DNA of 32,000 nt from Nanobdella aerobiophila (GCF_023169545.1 NZ_AP019769.1:330001-362000); one strand, 5' to 3'; positions 16,598-25,867 are shown, numbered from the stretch's first letter. Numbers and translations: made by a program. Notes: generated by a model not told the origin, from the letters alone.

Positions 16598-18340
16598 TTA
16601 AGCCTCAATATTAATTTTCTTTTCTTTTACTTCCCTTATAGCATTTTTTATAATCTCTAATAACTCATCTTCAGTTATTAAATTTATCTTAATTGTATCA
16701 ATAAGCATTTTTTCTATTAACCTCATAGCTTGATCTTCTTTATTCTCTTTCAATAGTATACCTACCTCTCTAACTGATTTAATTATCTCATATATATCTT
16801 TTATCAATTCTTTTTTAATCCTATCTTTTATTAAATACTCGACCTTTTTTTCATCTACATTCAATATTTCATTTAAACTCCTTGATATTTCTATACCATA
16901 TCCATATAGATCTTTATATTTATCACCTATATTTTCTAATGTTTTCTTCTTTTTTACATATATAGATAGTTCTCTTAAAGCATTTTTTACAGCAAGATTT
17001 ATTTCTTTAACTATCTCATCATATGGCTCTATCGCTTCTTTCGATTCTGATGTAAATGGTAACCAAACAGAAGCTACATGCACAACAATCGACACTGGAT
17101 CCTTGGGAAATTCAGATCCATCCATATTAAAACCATAATGCTTCCAACTAATATCCTTTAATGCAATTGTAATCGCATCTTCTCCCGCTTTGTATAATAA
17201 AGGAACTCGATTTGCAAATCTATAATATTGAAATTCAGTTAATCCACCCCCATAAGCTACACCAACTTCTACGATAAATGGTATACCTCTATATAATCCA
17301 GGTTTCCTAGATATAGCAGACATATACTCTGGTTTAAACATATTTTCCATACTTTTTAATATTAGATCTCTTCCAATAATAGTAATATACTTTGAAGGCA
17401 TTGCTCTCAGCTTTGCTTCTTGTAATACTTTATATAATCTAGAAATTTCATCATCTGTTAGTTTTTTTGGATCCATTTCTATATCTAAATTTGCTTTTCT
17501 AATTATTTTTTCTGCAGTTTCTCTACTTATTGAAGAAAAACTTTTCGATAAAAAATCAATCAATGTCTTCTTCTTAGTTTCTTTACATAATCTATCAAAG
17601 TATCCTATTTCAATACCATGTGGATGTGGTTTAGCTTCTTTTAATTCTGGTATATAATTTGTTATCCTCTTAAATGAATATTCTTCACCTTCTGGAGTCC
17701 TATATTTTATATTTGCATGAGGATTTACCAGCGCAGTTAATTTTACATACTCGTCTACAGATTGCCTTCCTTTATTATATTGACCAATTAGAGTAGCCTT
17801 TATCATAGTTCCATGCTCCTTTTTTATATCTACTTCAGATTTATCTATAACTATAGGCGTATTTGTTTTTATATCTATTTTTATTTTGTATTTTATAGCT
17901 TTTTCTTTACCAGCTATTTTTGTTATAACTTCTACAGGCTCTCTAGTAGTTAATTGAGAGTATAAAGTAACAGCAGATGCACCAATACCCTGCTTACCTC
18001 TGGTAGCCAAAAATCTATGAAATTTAGAACCAAATAAAAAACTACCATATATCTCCGGAACCTTATTGTATGGTATACCAGGACCATTATCTTCAACTAA
18101 TACAGTATAAACATCCTCATTTATATTTTCTATTTTTATATTAATATCTGGCAGTATTTTGTATTCTTCGCAAGCATCTAGAGCATTATCTACATATTCT
18201 TTTACAGATATTAGTAGTGCCCTTCTAGGATTATCAAAACCAAGGAGGTGACGATTTCTCTCAAAAAATTCAGCAATAGATACTCTCTTAAAATTTTTAA
18301 ATAATTCTATTTCTTCTGATAATACTTTATTTTCCTTCAT
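16598..18340 (-). CDS. top6B: DNA topoisomerase VI subunit B
   Basis: The GHKL ATPase motifs are EYVDNALDA, VEDNGPGIP and GKQGIGAS, followed by a transducer domain. It shows the top6B-top6A operon order typical of archaea. Confidence 0.95.
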   Translation of the reverse strand: MKENKVLSEEIELFKNFKRVSIAEFFERNRHLLGFDNPRRALLISVKEYVDNALDACEEYKILPDINIKIENINEDVYTVLVEDNGPGIPYNKVPEIYGSFLFGSKFHRFLATRGKQGIGASAVTLYSQLTTREPVEVITKIAGKEKAIKYKIKIDIKTNTPIVIDKSEVDIKKEHGTMIKATLIGQYNKGRQSVDEYVKLTALVNPHANIKYRTPEGEEYSFKRITNYIPELKEAKPHPHGIEIGYFDRLCKETKKKTLIDFLSKSFSSISRETAEKIIRKANLDIEMDPKKLTDDEISRLYKVLQEAKLRAMPSKYITIIGRDLILKSMENMFKPEYMSAISRKPGLYRGIPFIVEVGVAYGGGLTEFQYYRFANRVPLLYKAGEDAITIALKDISWKHYGFNMDGSEFPKDPVSIVVHVASVWLPFTSESKEAIEPYDEIVKEINLAVKNALRELSIYVKKKKTLENIGDKYKDLYGYGIEISRSLNEILNVDEKKVEYLIKDRIKKELIKDIYEIIKSVREVGILLKENKEDQAMRLIEKMLIDTIKINLITEDELLEIIKNAIREVKEKKINIEA

Positions 18341-18372
18341 ATTTAAATATTGTAATATATATTTTAAAATAT

Positions 18373-18897
18373 TTATTGTTTCGTATACTTATATATTTCA
18401 ATTTCCTTATTTTTTAGATTTTTCACATATTTATTTAAAAATTCATATACATGATCATGTTTTTGTCCATTTACCAATCTTTTTATAGCTTCATAAGCCG
18501 CCTGTATTGATATACTATCACCTAATAAATATATATATCTATCATCTATTATAATATTTGATGCAGTTTTATTCATAATCTCTCTAATTGCTTTACCATC
18601 TTCACCAATTATTCTTCCTTCTATTCTAATGATGTGATTTTCCTTTTTCTCAAATACTTGTTTTAGATCAATATATAAAATGTCCCAATTATTATATAAT
18701 ATATTTGATGACAATTCAATATTAAAACCTGCTTCTATTGACTTAATAAATTTATCAAATCTATATCCAAAATAAAAATCTTCTAAGAATACTTTCATTT
18801 TATTTTTATCAATATGATATTTTATACCTTTATTTTCTAGAAATTCTTTCAATTTATTCTTATTAATATTACCAAGTTCAAATTCATATATATACAT
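18373..18897 (-). CDS. KH-domain RNA-binding protein (archaeal Dim2/Pno1-like)
   Basis: It has a KH-type GxxG region in RIEGRIIGEDGKAIREIMNKTASNIIID and a C-terminal AIKRLVNGQKHDHVYEFL, resembling aDim2p-type two-KH proteins. Confidence 0.65.
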   Translation of the reverse strand: MYIYEFELGNINKNKLKEFLENKGIKYHIDKNKMKVFLEDFYFGYRFDKFIKSIEAGFNIELSSNILYNNWDILYIDLKQVFEKKENHIIRIEGRIIGEDGKAIREIMNKTASNIIIDDRYIYLLGDSISIQAAYEAIKRLVNGQKHDHVYEFLNKYVKNLKNKEIEIYKYTKQ

Positions 18898-18921
18898 AAA
18901 GAAATTATGTCTGAAAAATTT

Positions 18922-19782
18922 TTATATTATAACTTCTTTTAGTACATCTAGCCTTAAGTTTCTCTCTATCTTATATGCAGGTTTTGATCCCAAGCCATCC
19001 TCTAAGGTAACCCTCTCAGTCTTATAAAATATTCCAACAGGTATTCTAGAATTGTCTCTAAAGATATAATCATATTCTAGTGCCTTTGATATAGCTTCAT
19101 TAAAATTATTTGACATATACCCTGTATCTTCCAGTTTATACATATGAGCTTCATAATATTTTCTTGTATCGTGCTGTACTACACATGGTTGTAATATATC
19201 TACATATGCAAAACCCTTGTGTAATATTGCTTCTTTTAATATATACTTTAGATGATCCATCCATAATGAGTATCCTCTAGCCACAAAAGTTGCACCAGAT
19301 ACGAGTGCCAATAGTATTGGATTTATTGGCTTTTCAAAAACAGGCCTTCCCAGTGATTTTGAATAAAAACCTTCTTCAGTGACAAAATTATGTTGTGCCG
19401 TAGTCAAAGCAAAAACCTGGTTGTTATGAACAAATAATTTTACATCCGGATTCTCTTTACAAGCCATTATAAAATGCTCTATACCTTCATTATATGTATC
19501 CCCATCTCCTTGAAAAGCTAGTACTTTTAATTCTGGATTTGATAATTTTATACCAACAGCTACTGCTAATGCTCTTCCATGTAGTGCGCTAAAAGAACTC
19601 AACTTAATATAATTATGTATTTTTCCTGCACAACCAATCCCTGAAGCAAATACAACTTTATTTTTTTCAATTTTATTTTCTGATATTAATTCATTTATTG
19701 CAGTCATAAAAGTCGTATATATACCAAAATTTGTGCATCCAGGACACCAAGTTATTGAATATCCTGTTCTAAGATCTTCCAT
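18922..19782 (-). CDS. 2-oxoacid:ferredoxin oxidoreductase, beta (TPP-binding) subunit
   Basis: Motifs WCPGCTNFGI, SGIGCAG and the TPP-binding GDGDTYNEG are present. The 286-aa length is typical of beta subunits. Confidence 0.9.
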   Translation of the reverse strand: MEDLRTGYSITWCPGCTNFGIYTTFMTAINELISENKIEKNKVVFASGIGCAGKIHNYIKLSSFSALHGRALAVAVGIKLSNPELKVLAFQGDGDTYNEGIEHFIMACKENPDVKLFVHNNQVFALTTAQHNFVTEEGFYSKSLGRPVFEKPINPILLALVSGATFVARGYSLWMDHLKYILKEAILHKGFAYVDILQPCVVQHDTRKYYEAHMYKLEDTGYMSNNFNEAISKALEYDYIFRDNSRIPVGIFYKTERVTLEDGLGSKPAYKIERNLRLDVLKEVII

Positions 19783-19841
19783 TAAAAAATATATTATATC
19801 AATATAAAAAAGATTTATTATAGATAACCAGGTAGTAAAAA

Positions 19842-21272
19842 TTATTTAGTTATCCTAATTATTAAACCATTCGAATACTTAATCTTATTCCAGAATAGAT
19901 AATTATATGTTATACTTGTTCTTGGCAATTCTATTGATTTTATATCAGATACATCGGCTAGTTGTAAAGTATATGATAATAATATTTCTTCATTCCTCTT
20001 AATATTATCAAATTTCCAATTTACAATATATGTATTTTCTGTCTTATATATTGTAGAAGGCTCTGCTATTTTATACTCTTTTATTTTAAATGGTTTATTT
20101 ATATGCTCGGAAATTTTTACATTTGATATAGAAAATAATCCCTTATTTTTTATATTTATTGTAATATCAACCAAGTTCTTTTCCATATCAATCTTTGAAA
20201 CCTCCTTCTTTATCTCTATATTTTCATTAAATAATATATAAGATATTAATAATAGCAAGATCAATATTCCTAATAATATAACAACAATTAGATAATAGTT
20301 TATGCTTTCTACTATTATATATTCTTGACCTGGTAATATAAACAAATTATAAATGCCATAGGTTACCCTACCAACAGTTTCATAATACTGTGGACTTGGA
20401 CTATATGAAGAAAAAGATCCAAAGACATTTCTTACATAAAAGGTATAATTTAATGGATAATTATACGGATTATAAATTATATATTTTATATATCCAAATG
20501 CGCTAGTAACATTAGTTTTTGGTGCAACTAACATCGTTGTAACATTAAATGCAAGGTCATATATATTATTATCAGCATTTACATATATATAATAATTTCC
20601 TGGTGTTATATTAGATATATATATTGGTATCTGATAAACATTTTCTCCTGGCGATATATCTTCATATAAAACATTTGTATAGCCAAAATCCGAAGATATA
20701 TTTATTAGTAAATTTTCAGCAAATTTGTTTGGATTTTCTATTATACCTAATAGATATAGATATTGGTTCTGATATACATTTGTATTAGATAATTGAAAGG
20801 CAATATTTAAAGGTAAAGTTATATTTTTAGTAATATTTTCTGTCATATTATTTATATTATTGTTAACATAGTATAATGTTGGAGTAAAAGCTATAATATC
20901 ACTATAATGATTAGTAGTCATATTTTCATTTTGTAAATATACAACAATTTCTGGTATTTGATTTATAATGCCGTATGGTCTCATATATATAGTTATGTTC
21001 TGATATTGATCGGGACTTAAAGTCCCATAATATATTGTATTATTCTGATTAAACAAGATTTCCCATTCAGAAGATAGGGAATACAAAGAATAAGTATATG
21101 TATAATTTGTTGGATTATATATATTTATATAATATATTCCATAACTGCCCGGATTTGATATATTTATTTGATTTTGAATTGATATCGGATAGCCCACAAT
21201 TGGTTGAGATTTTATAAAAAGACCTGTTATTATAATAGAAAATATGATATATAACATTTTTCTCCATTCCAT
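19842..21272 (-). CDS. hypothetical surface/membrane protein
   Basis: It has an N-terminal signal/anchor (MLYIIFSIIITGLFI), a ~300-aa Y/N/T-rich region with more than 10 N-x-S/T sequons, a second TM (YYLIVVILLGILILLLLISYILF) and a ~130-aa C-terminal beta-rich domain (LVDITINIKNKGLFSISNVKISE..., CARDB/DUF11-like flavour). Confidence 0.6.
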   Translation of the reverse strand: MEWRKMLYIIFSIIITGLFIKSQPIVGYPISIQNQINISNPGSYGIYYINIYNPTNYTYTYSLYSLSSEWEILFNQNNTIYYGTLSPDQYQNITIYMRPYGIINQIPEIVVYLQNENMTTNHYSDIIAFTPTLYYVNNNINNMTENITKNITLPLNIAFQLSNTNVYQNQYLYLLGIIENPNKFAENLLINISSDFGYTNVLYEDISPGENVYQIPIYISNITPGNYYIYVNADNNIYDLAFNVTTMLVAPKTNVTSAFGYIKYIIYNPYNYPLNYTFYVRNVFGSFSSYSPSPQYYETVGRVTYGIYNLFILPGQEYIIVESINYYLIVVILLGILILLLLISYILFNENIEIKKEVSKIDMEKNLVDITINIKNKGLFSISNVKISEHINKPFKIKEYKIAEPSTIYKTENTYIVNWKFDNIKRNEEILLSYTLQLADVSDIKSIELPRTSITYNYLFWNKIKYSNGLIIRITK

Positions 21273-21317
21273 TAATAATATTTATATGACAAAAATATAA
21301 AAATATATGGTCTCAGA

Positions 21318-22121
21318 CTAGTAATATAAAAAAATAAATACTGAAGAGATTATCGCTACTAAACCTAAGATAAAATCAATCATATATATACTCTCTTTTT
21401 TTGCTATTTTTAGTAATATACTTATAACAAATATTCCAGTAATAAAAGCCACGATTATAGCAGTTAATAGTCCATAGATATCTATACTAGATATAACAGA
21501 ATTAATAGAGTGCATAGAAGATATTAATGTTAAAGAAAATGCGCCAAGAGCTGCGGGAATATATAGAATATATGAGTATTTAAATGCATCCTCAGATTTA
21601 TAGCCTAATAATAACATTGTAGATACAGTCATCCCAGATCTACTGACACCAGGTAATGCAGCCAAACCCTGCGCAAGTCCTATAATTATCATATCCCTTA
21701 AGCTAATATTTTTTGCTTCCATAAATTTAATGTTTCTTCTAGTATAAAATATATAAATTCCATCAGCTATTAATATAAGCCCCAATATAAACATAGGTAT
21801 CCCAATATTATAATAACCACCTAATAAGTGTTTTGATATGAAGTATAATGGTACCCCAACCAATCCTGTAAGAACTGTAGCTACAATAACAAACTTTAGT
21901 AATATTTTATCTTTAAATATTTGAATTATATCTTTTCTAAAATATAATAAAGCAGAAAAAATAGACCCAATTTCCATGAATAAACCAAATGTATAAGCTA
22001 CTGAAGGAGATAATTTTAACAATAATGATGAAGCAAGCAATACCTGGGTCTTACTACTTATAGGAAGCCATTCACTAATCCCCTGAATAATTCCGATTAT
22101 AATGGGAGAAATATCGACCAT
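21318..22121 (-). CDS. uppP: undecaprenyl/polyprenyl-diphosphatase (BacA/UppP family)
   Basis: Motifs GISEWLPISSKTQ and PGVSRSG are present in a ~8-TM protein of 267 aa. Confidence 0.85.
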   Translation of the reverse strand: MVDISPIIIGIIQGISEWLPISSKTQVLLASSLLLKLSPSVAYTFGLFMEIGSIFSALLYFRKDIIQIFKDKILLKFVIVATVLTGLVGVPLYFISKHLLGGYYNIGIPMFILGLILIADGIYIFYTRRNIKFMEAKNISLRDMIIIGLAQGLAALPGVSRSGMTVSTMLLLGYKSEDAFKYSYILYIPAALGAFSLTLISSMHSINSVISSIDIYGLLTAIIVAFITGIFVISILLKIAKKESIYMIDFILGLVAIISSVFIFLYY

Positions 22122-22172
22122 CTTAAGATATTAAAAAATTGATTTAAAAGTTTTTCTTATTCTTTATTTAAT

Positions 22173-22955
22173 ATGAAAAAATATATTATATCAACGTCTC
22201 TTTATTCTGTATCATTATTATCATTATACTTCCTATATAATTATTTGAGTACTTTCTTATTTAATATATTAAATTATAATTTTTTTAATTATAGTAATTT
22301 AATATTTTACGGGCTATTATTAATATTTCTATTATTATTTAGTTTTGGGACTTATTTCTCAAGAGATATAAAAAATAAGAAATTTTTCTTAATATATGGC
22401 ATAATAATTATATCTATAAGCTCTCTATTTTATAGAAATTTAATAAATATATATACTGCCATAAGCTTATATTTCATACTCTTATATTTTGACAAAGAAT
22501 ATAATCCGATAACAAATTTATTATATATATTTGTAATATTTTTATTTACATTCGAGTCTCAAACATTTACATATCCTATAAAGTTTTTAATAAATAGAGG
22601 AGTAAATAATTTATATTATTCAAATTTAAATAATACAGAACAATTTTTTATAAATGGATTTTATAATTCTTATTTGGAAGGATACCAAAGTGCAGAATAT
22701 ATTTTAAACCAAAATAAAGATTATAATGGATTAAAGTTATTATTATTATATCAGGATAATGCTAGTAATGATTATTATAATTATATATTAACTACTGTTA
22801 ATAATGAAACATCAGGATTAAATAATACTATTAACTCTTCAATAAATCAACTTATATATACTTTTGATCCAGAAATAGCAATCGTCTCCGCCTTATTTAT
22901 TTTTGAAGCATTTTATATATTTTTATCAATCCAGAGAAAAATAAAAGATTTATAA
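22173..22955 (+). CDS. hypothetical membrane protein
   Basis: 260 codons with several N-terminal hydrophobic spans, an N/Y-rich loop and a C-terminal TM. I recognise no family. Confidence 0.45.
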   Translation: MKKYIISTSLYSVSLLSLYFLYNYLSTFLFNILNYNFFNYSNLIFYGLLLIFLLLFSFGTYFSRDIKNKKFFLIYGIIIISISSLFYRNLINIYTAISLYFILLYFDKEYNPITNLLYIFVIFLFTFESQTFTYPIKFLINRGVNNLYYSNLNNTEQFFINGFYNSYLEGYQSAEYILNQNKDYNGLKLLLLYQDNASNDYYNYILTTVNNETSGLNNTINSSINQLIYTFDPEIAIVSALFIFEAFYIFLSIQRKIKDL

Positions 22956-22981
22956 ACTTTACTCAATAAAATATAATCCTT

Positions 22982-23293
22982 ATGAAATTTTGTCCAAAAT
23001 GCGGTACCTTGATGAAACAAGAAGACAAATATTTCATATGTCCAAAATGCAAACACAAAGAGAAAAAAGGAGGAGAAAAAACAGTATTTACAGAAAAGAT
23101 AAATAAATCCTCCGAGATCACTGTATTGGAACACGACTATAAATTATTACCTATAGATAATGAGATAGTTTGCCCAGAATGTAATAAATCTGGAGCATAC
23201 TTCTGGTCTATACAAACTAGGGCAGGTGACGAAGGAGAAACAAAATTCTACAAATGCATAAATTGTGGATATACATGGAGAGTCTATGATTAA
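22982..23293 (+). CDS. tfs: transcription factor S (TFS) / RNA polymerase subunit M-like
   Basis: The N-terminal zinc ribbon is CPKCG...CPKC. The C-terminal ribbon is CPECNKSGAYFWSIQTRAGDEGETKFYKCINCGYTW, with the acidic DE hairpin. Confidence 0.9.
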   Translation: MKFCPKCGTLMKQEDKYFICPKCKHKEKKGGEKTVFTEKINKSSEITVLEHDYKLLPIDNEIVCPECNKSGAYFWSIQTRAGDEGETKFYKCINCGYTWRVYD

Positions 23294-23795
23294 AAAATTA
23301 AAGAAATATATAGAATATATTTTTTTTGGAGATGACCTGAAAAGTGATATCTTATTCATAATTTTAATATTAATTATATATAGTATAGTAAATCTTATTT
23401 ACCCACCATTATTTTCAGTAATTGTTTCACCAAGTATGGAACATACATATTTTAATATTAAAAAATACAGTACTTATAATATAACAATAAATAATTTTAC
23501 AGAATTTCCATATCCAAATGGATTATATATAGGCGATATAGTTATTATACTACCAATAAATACACAATATCTCCAGATAGGTGATATGATTTTGTATAAG
23601 GGTATAAGTATATATTCTGGAGAAGATATATTCCATAGAATTATAGGTTACAATAATACAAACTTTATAATTATGGGCGATAATAATCCAGGTCCAATAG
23701 TATTCGAAAATGAAAATGATATGCCCCCTAATAGGATAGTTGGTACAGGTATATTACGAATACCATTTTTAGGATATATTAAAATTCTTATTTAA
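23265..23795 (+). CDS. signal peptidase I, archaeal/ER type (S26B)
   Basis: A TM anchor is followed by the catalytic Ser box VSPSMEHT, IGDMILY, the His box FHRIIG, MGDNN and IPFLGYI. An internal ATG at 23286 (MIKKLKKY) would cut the overlap with tfs to 8 nt and may be the true start. Confidence 0.75.
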   Translation: MDIHGESMIKKLKKYIEYIFFGDDLKSDILFIILILIIYSIVNLIYPPLFSVIVSPSMEHTYFNIKKYSTYNITINNFTEFPYPNGLYIGDIVIILPINTQYLQIGDMILYKGISIYSGEDIFHRIIGYNNTNFIIMGDNNPGPIVFENENDMPPNRIVGTGILRIPFLGYIKILI

Positions 23796-24860
23796 AATAT
23801 ATTTTAACTCATAATAAGAATCTTTTTTTGATAAATTTCTATTTAATATTCCAAAATGAGCATTATATCCATTGTACCACTCATAGTTATCCATTAAAGA
23901 CCAAATAAAATATCCTTTTATATTATACTTTTCCCTATTTTTTAAGAAAAAATACATATATTTCTTAAGGTATCTCGTTCTTAAATATTCATCATCTGTA
24001 TTAATCCCATTTTCAGTGATAAATATTGGTTTTTTCATATCACCCAGAATATCAGATACTAGCTTTAGACTAAAAGATGGTTTTGATTCTATAATATTTT
24101 TCATATTATTAAAGGATCCATAATAATTTATTCCATAAAAATCAATGTGTCTAGGGAATATTAATGATATACTATTTTTTATGATATCATAAAAAGAAAT
24201 AAAAAAAGGAGTTTTTATATTAGTTATATTCTCTATATAAATTAAATTAACATCATTTTCTTTTGATATCTTATATATTTCTTCATTTGCTCTATGGATA
24301 TTCGACAATACCTTTACAACTAAATGTATATCATCTAAATCTTTATATTTTTTAAAAGGAGGCCATAAGCCAGCTATATAAGAAGAAAATATATAAACTA
24401 AAGGTTCATTGAATGATATAAAATACTTTACATCCATTTTAGATAAGTTTGATATTATAAGATCTGCAAATTCTATAAAATAGCTTATATTTTCTCTATT
24501 TTCCCATGCATTTATATTATAAAACCACATAGGATTTACATAATGCCATAATGTTATAAATGGCTCTATATTATTATTCTTTAGTTCTTTTATAAAGTTC
24601 ACATATCTTTTTAAATTCGAATAATTTACCTTACCCATTTCAGGGTATATCCTAGCCCAATCAATAGAAAATCTAAATGAGTTAACATATAGATCTTTTA
24701 ATATTGGTATTAAATTTTCATATTTTATCCATAATTCATTAGCATTATCAATTTCTGGCAATTTCCCTTTCTTTATAAAATAATACCAATCTTGATTGTC
24801 ATAATACCCTTCAGTCTGAAATGAAGATATAGAAAATCCTATATAGAATCTTCTATCCAT
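23769..24860 (-). CDS. glycoside hydrolase family 1 (beta-glycosidase), compact form
   Basis: Motifs FSISSFQTEG, FRFSIDWARIYP, TLWHYVNPMW, the acid/base FNEP, the nucleophile ITENG and WSLMDNYEW..GY..HFG are present. At 363 aa it is short for GH1. Confidence 0.85.
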   Translation of the reverse strand: MDRRFYIGFSISSFQTEGYYDNQDWYYFIKKGKLPEIDNANELWIKYENLIPILKDLYVNSFRFSIDWARIYPEMGKVNYSNLKRYVNFIKELKNNNIEPFITLWHYVNPMWFYNINAWENRENISYFIEFADLIISNLSKMDVKYFISFNEPLVYIFSSYIAGLWPPFKKYKDLDDIHLVVKVLSNIHRANEEIYKISKENDVNLIYIENITNIKTPFFISFYDIIKNSISLIFPRHIDFYGINYYGSFNNMKNIIESKPSFSLKLVSDILGDMKKPIFITENGINTDDEYLRTRYLKKYMYFFLKNREKYNIKGYFIWSLMDNYEWYNGYNAHFGILNRNLSKKDSYYELKYILNKNFNIS

Positions 24861-25683
24861 TTTTTAATAATAATTTAGTTCCATTATAAATTATTTCCTT
24901 ATTATACCCACCTTCAAGAATATATAAGATCTTATCAAAACTCCTCAAATAACTAAATATATAATTATATACATCAAAATCTATATTTATTGAAGAATAC
25001 TTATCATCTTTATGGGCATCAAATCCTAAAGAGGTGATTATAATATCCGGATCTATAGAATTAATTAGACTAATAACATGGTTTTCAAAGAGCTTTATAT
25101 AAATATTATTATCTATCCCTGGATCCAATAAAAAATTATATACATTATTATAATTATATTTAATATTACAGCTAATCTTAGAAAATAATGATATATAATA
25201 AATATTTTTCTTATTTTTTATAATATCTATAGTACCAACTCCGTTGTGTATATCTAGATCTAATATCAATATTTTTTTATACTTTTTTCTATAATATAAT
25301 GCAGCAATTGCAGAGAAATTATATATCGAAAATTCCTTATTAATATTATAATATCCTGCACCATGACCTGGAACAACCGTAGGTATAAAGATATGATCAT
25401 TTATATAGAAGCTATCCAATAATGCCTGTATAGAGTATAATGAGGATTCATATTTATATCTGGATATATAATTATTACTTGATATCTTCACCTTAATATT
25501 ATTATACTTTATGTAAGTATATAGTCTTCTAATATATCTAATGTAACTCCAAGAATGTGCCAGACTTATGTATTTATATATGTCTGGCTCCAATTTATGG
25601 ATATTAATATCTTTCCTCCTTAATAATTTTCTTAAATAAATTAACCTATTACTTAATATATTCTTATTATACAATATTATCAT
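24853..25683 (-). CDS. histone deacetylase/acetoin-utilisation (arginase-deacetylase fold) family protein, divergent
   Basis: VVPGHGAGYY corresponds to the family's RPPGHHA, and LDLDIHNGVGT to D.D.HHG.GT. GFDAHKDD and LEGGYN are also present. The zinc ligands appear retained, but the second His of the HH pair is Gly. It overlaps the GH1 gene by 8 nt. Confidence 0.7.
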   Translation of the reverse strand: MIILYNKNILSNRLIYLRKLLRRKDINIHKLEPDIYKYISLAHSWSYIRYIRRLYTYIKYNNIKVKISSNNYISRYKYESSLYSIQALLDSFYINDHIFIPTVVPGHGAGYYNINKEFSIYNFSAIAALYYRKKYKKILILDLDIHNGVGTIDIIKNKKNIYYISLFSKISCNIKYNYNNVYNFLLDPGIDNNIYIKLFENHVISLINSIDPDIIITSLGFDAHKDDKYSSINIDFDVYNYIFSYLRSFDKILYILEGGYNKEIIYNGTKLLLKNG

Positions 25684-25722
25684 TAAATAAATAAATTTTA
25701 TAATTTTAAAAAAATACCAGCG

Positions 25723-25795
25723 CGCCGCCAGTGGGACTTGAACCCACGACCTGCCGGTTAACAGCCGGCTGCTCTACCGACTGAGCTATGGCGGC
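25723..25795 (-). tRNA. tRNA-Asn (anticodon GTT)
   Basis: The reverse complement folds by hand. The acceptor stem is gccgcca/tggcggc with discriminator G. The D arm is gctc-agtcggta-gagc. The anticodon arm is gccgg-ctGTTaa-ccggc. The variable region is aggtc and the T arm is gtggg-ttcaagt-cccac. It is 73 nt, with no intron and no encoded CCA. Confidence 0.92.
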
Positions 25796-25819
25796 ATAAA
25801 TATTAAATATAATCTTTTA

Positions 25820-25829
25820 TATTTATAAA
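25820..25829 (-). promoter_or_regulatory. candidate TATA box for tRNA-Asn (tttataaata on the minus strand, about -34 to -25)
   Basis: Its position relative to tRNA position 1 fits the archaeal TATA spacing. A weaker T/A-rich element (ttttttaat, ~5997-6005) sits at a similar distance upstream of tRNA-Tyr. The AT-rich background makes this weak. Confidence 0.3.
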
Positions 25830-25867
25830 AAAATTTTTATATTTTCAAGGATTTATATTATATTAAT

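Noticed and set aside
15889-16601. Plus-strand ORFs 15889-16110 and 16383-16601.
   Set aside because: They are antisense to top6A, and the second runs into the top6B-top6A spacer. They have no motifs.
22913-23359. Minus-strand ORFs 22913-23134 and 23147-23359.
   Set aside because: They are antisense to tfs and to the start of the signal peptidase gene, both of which have strong motif support.
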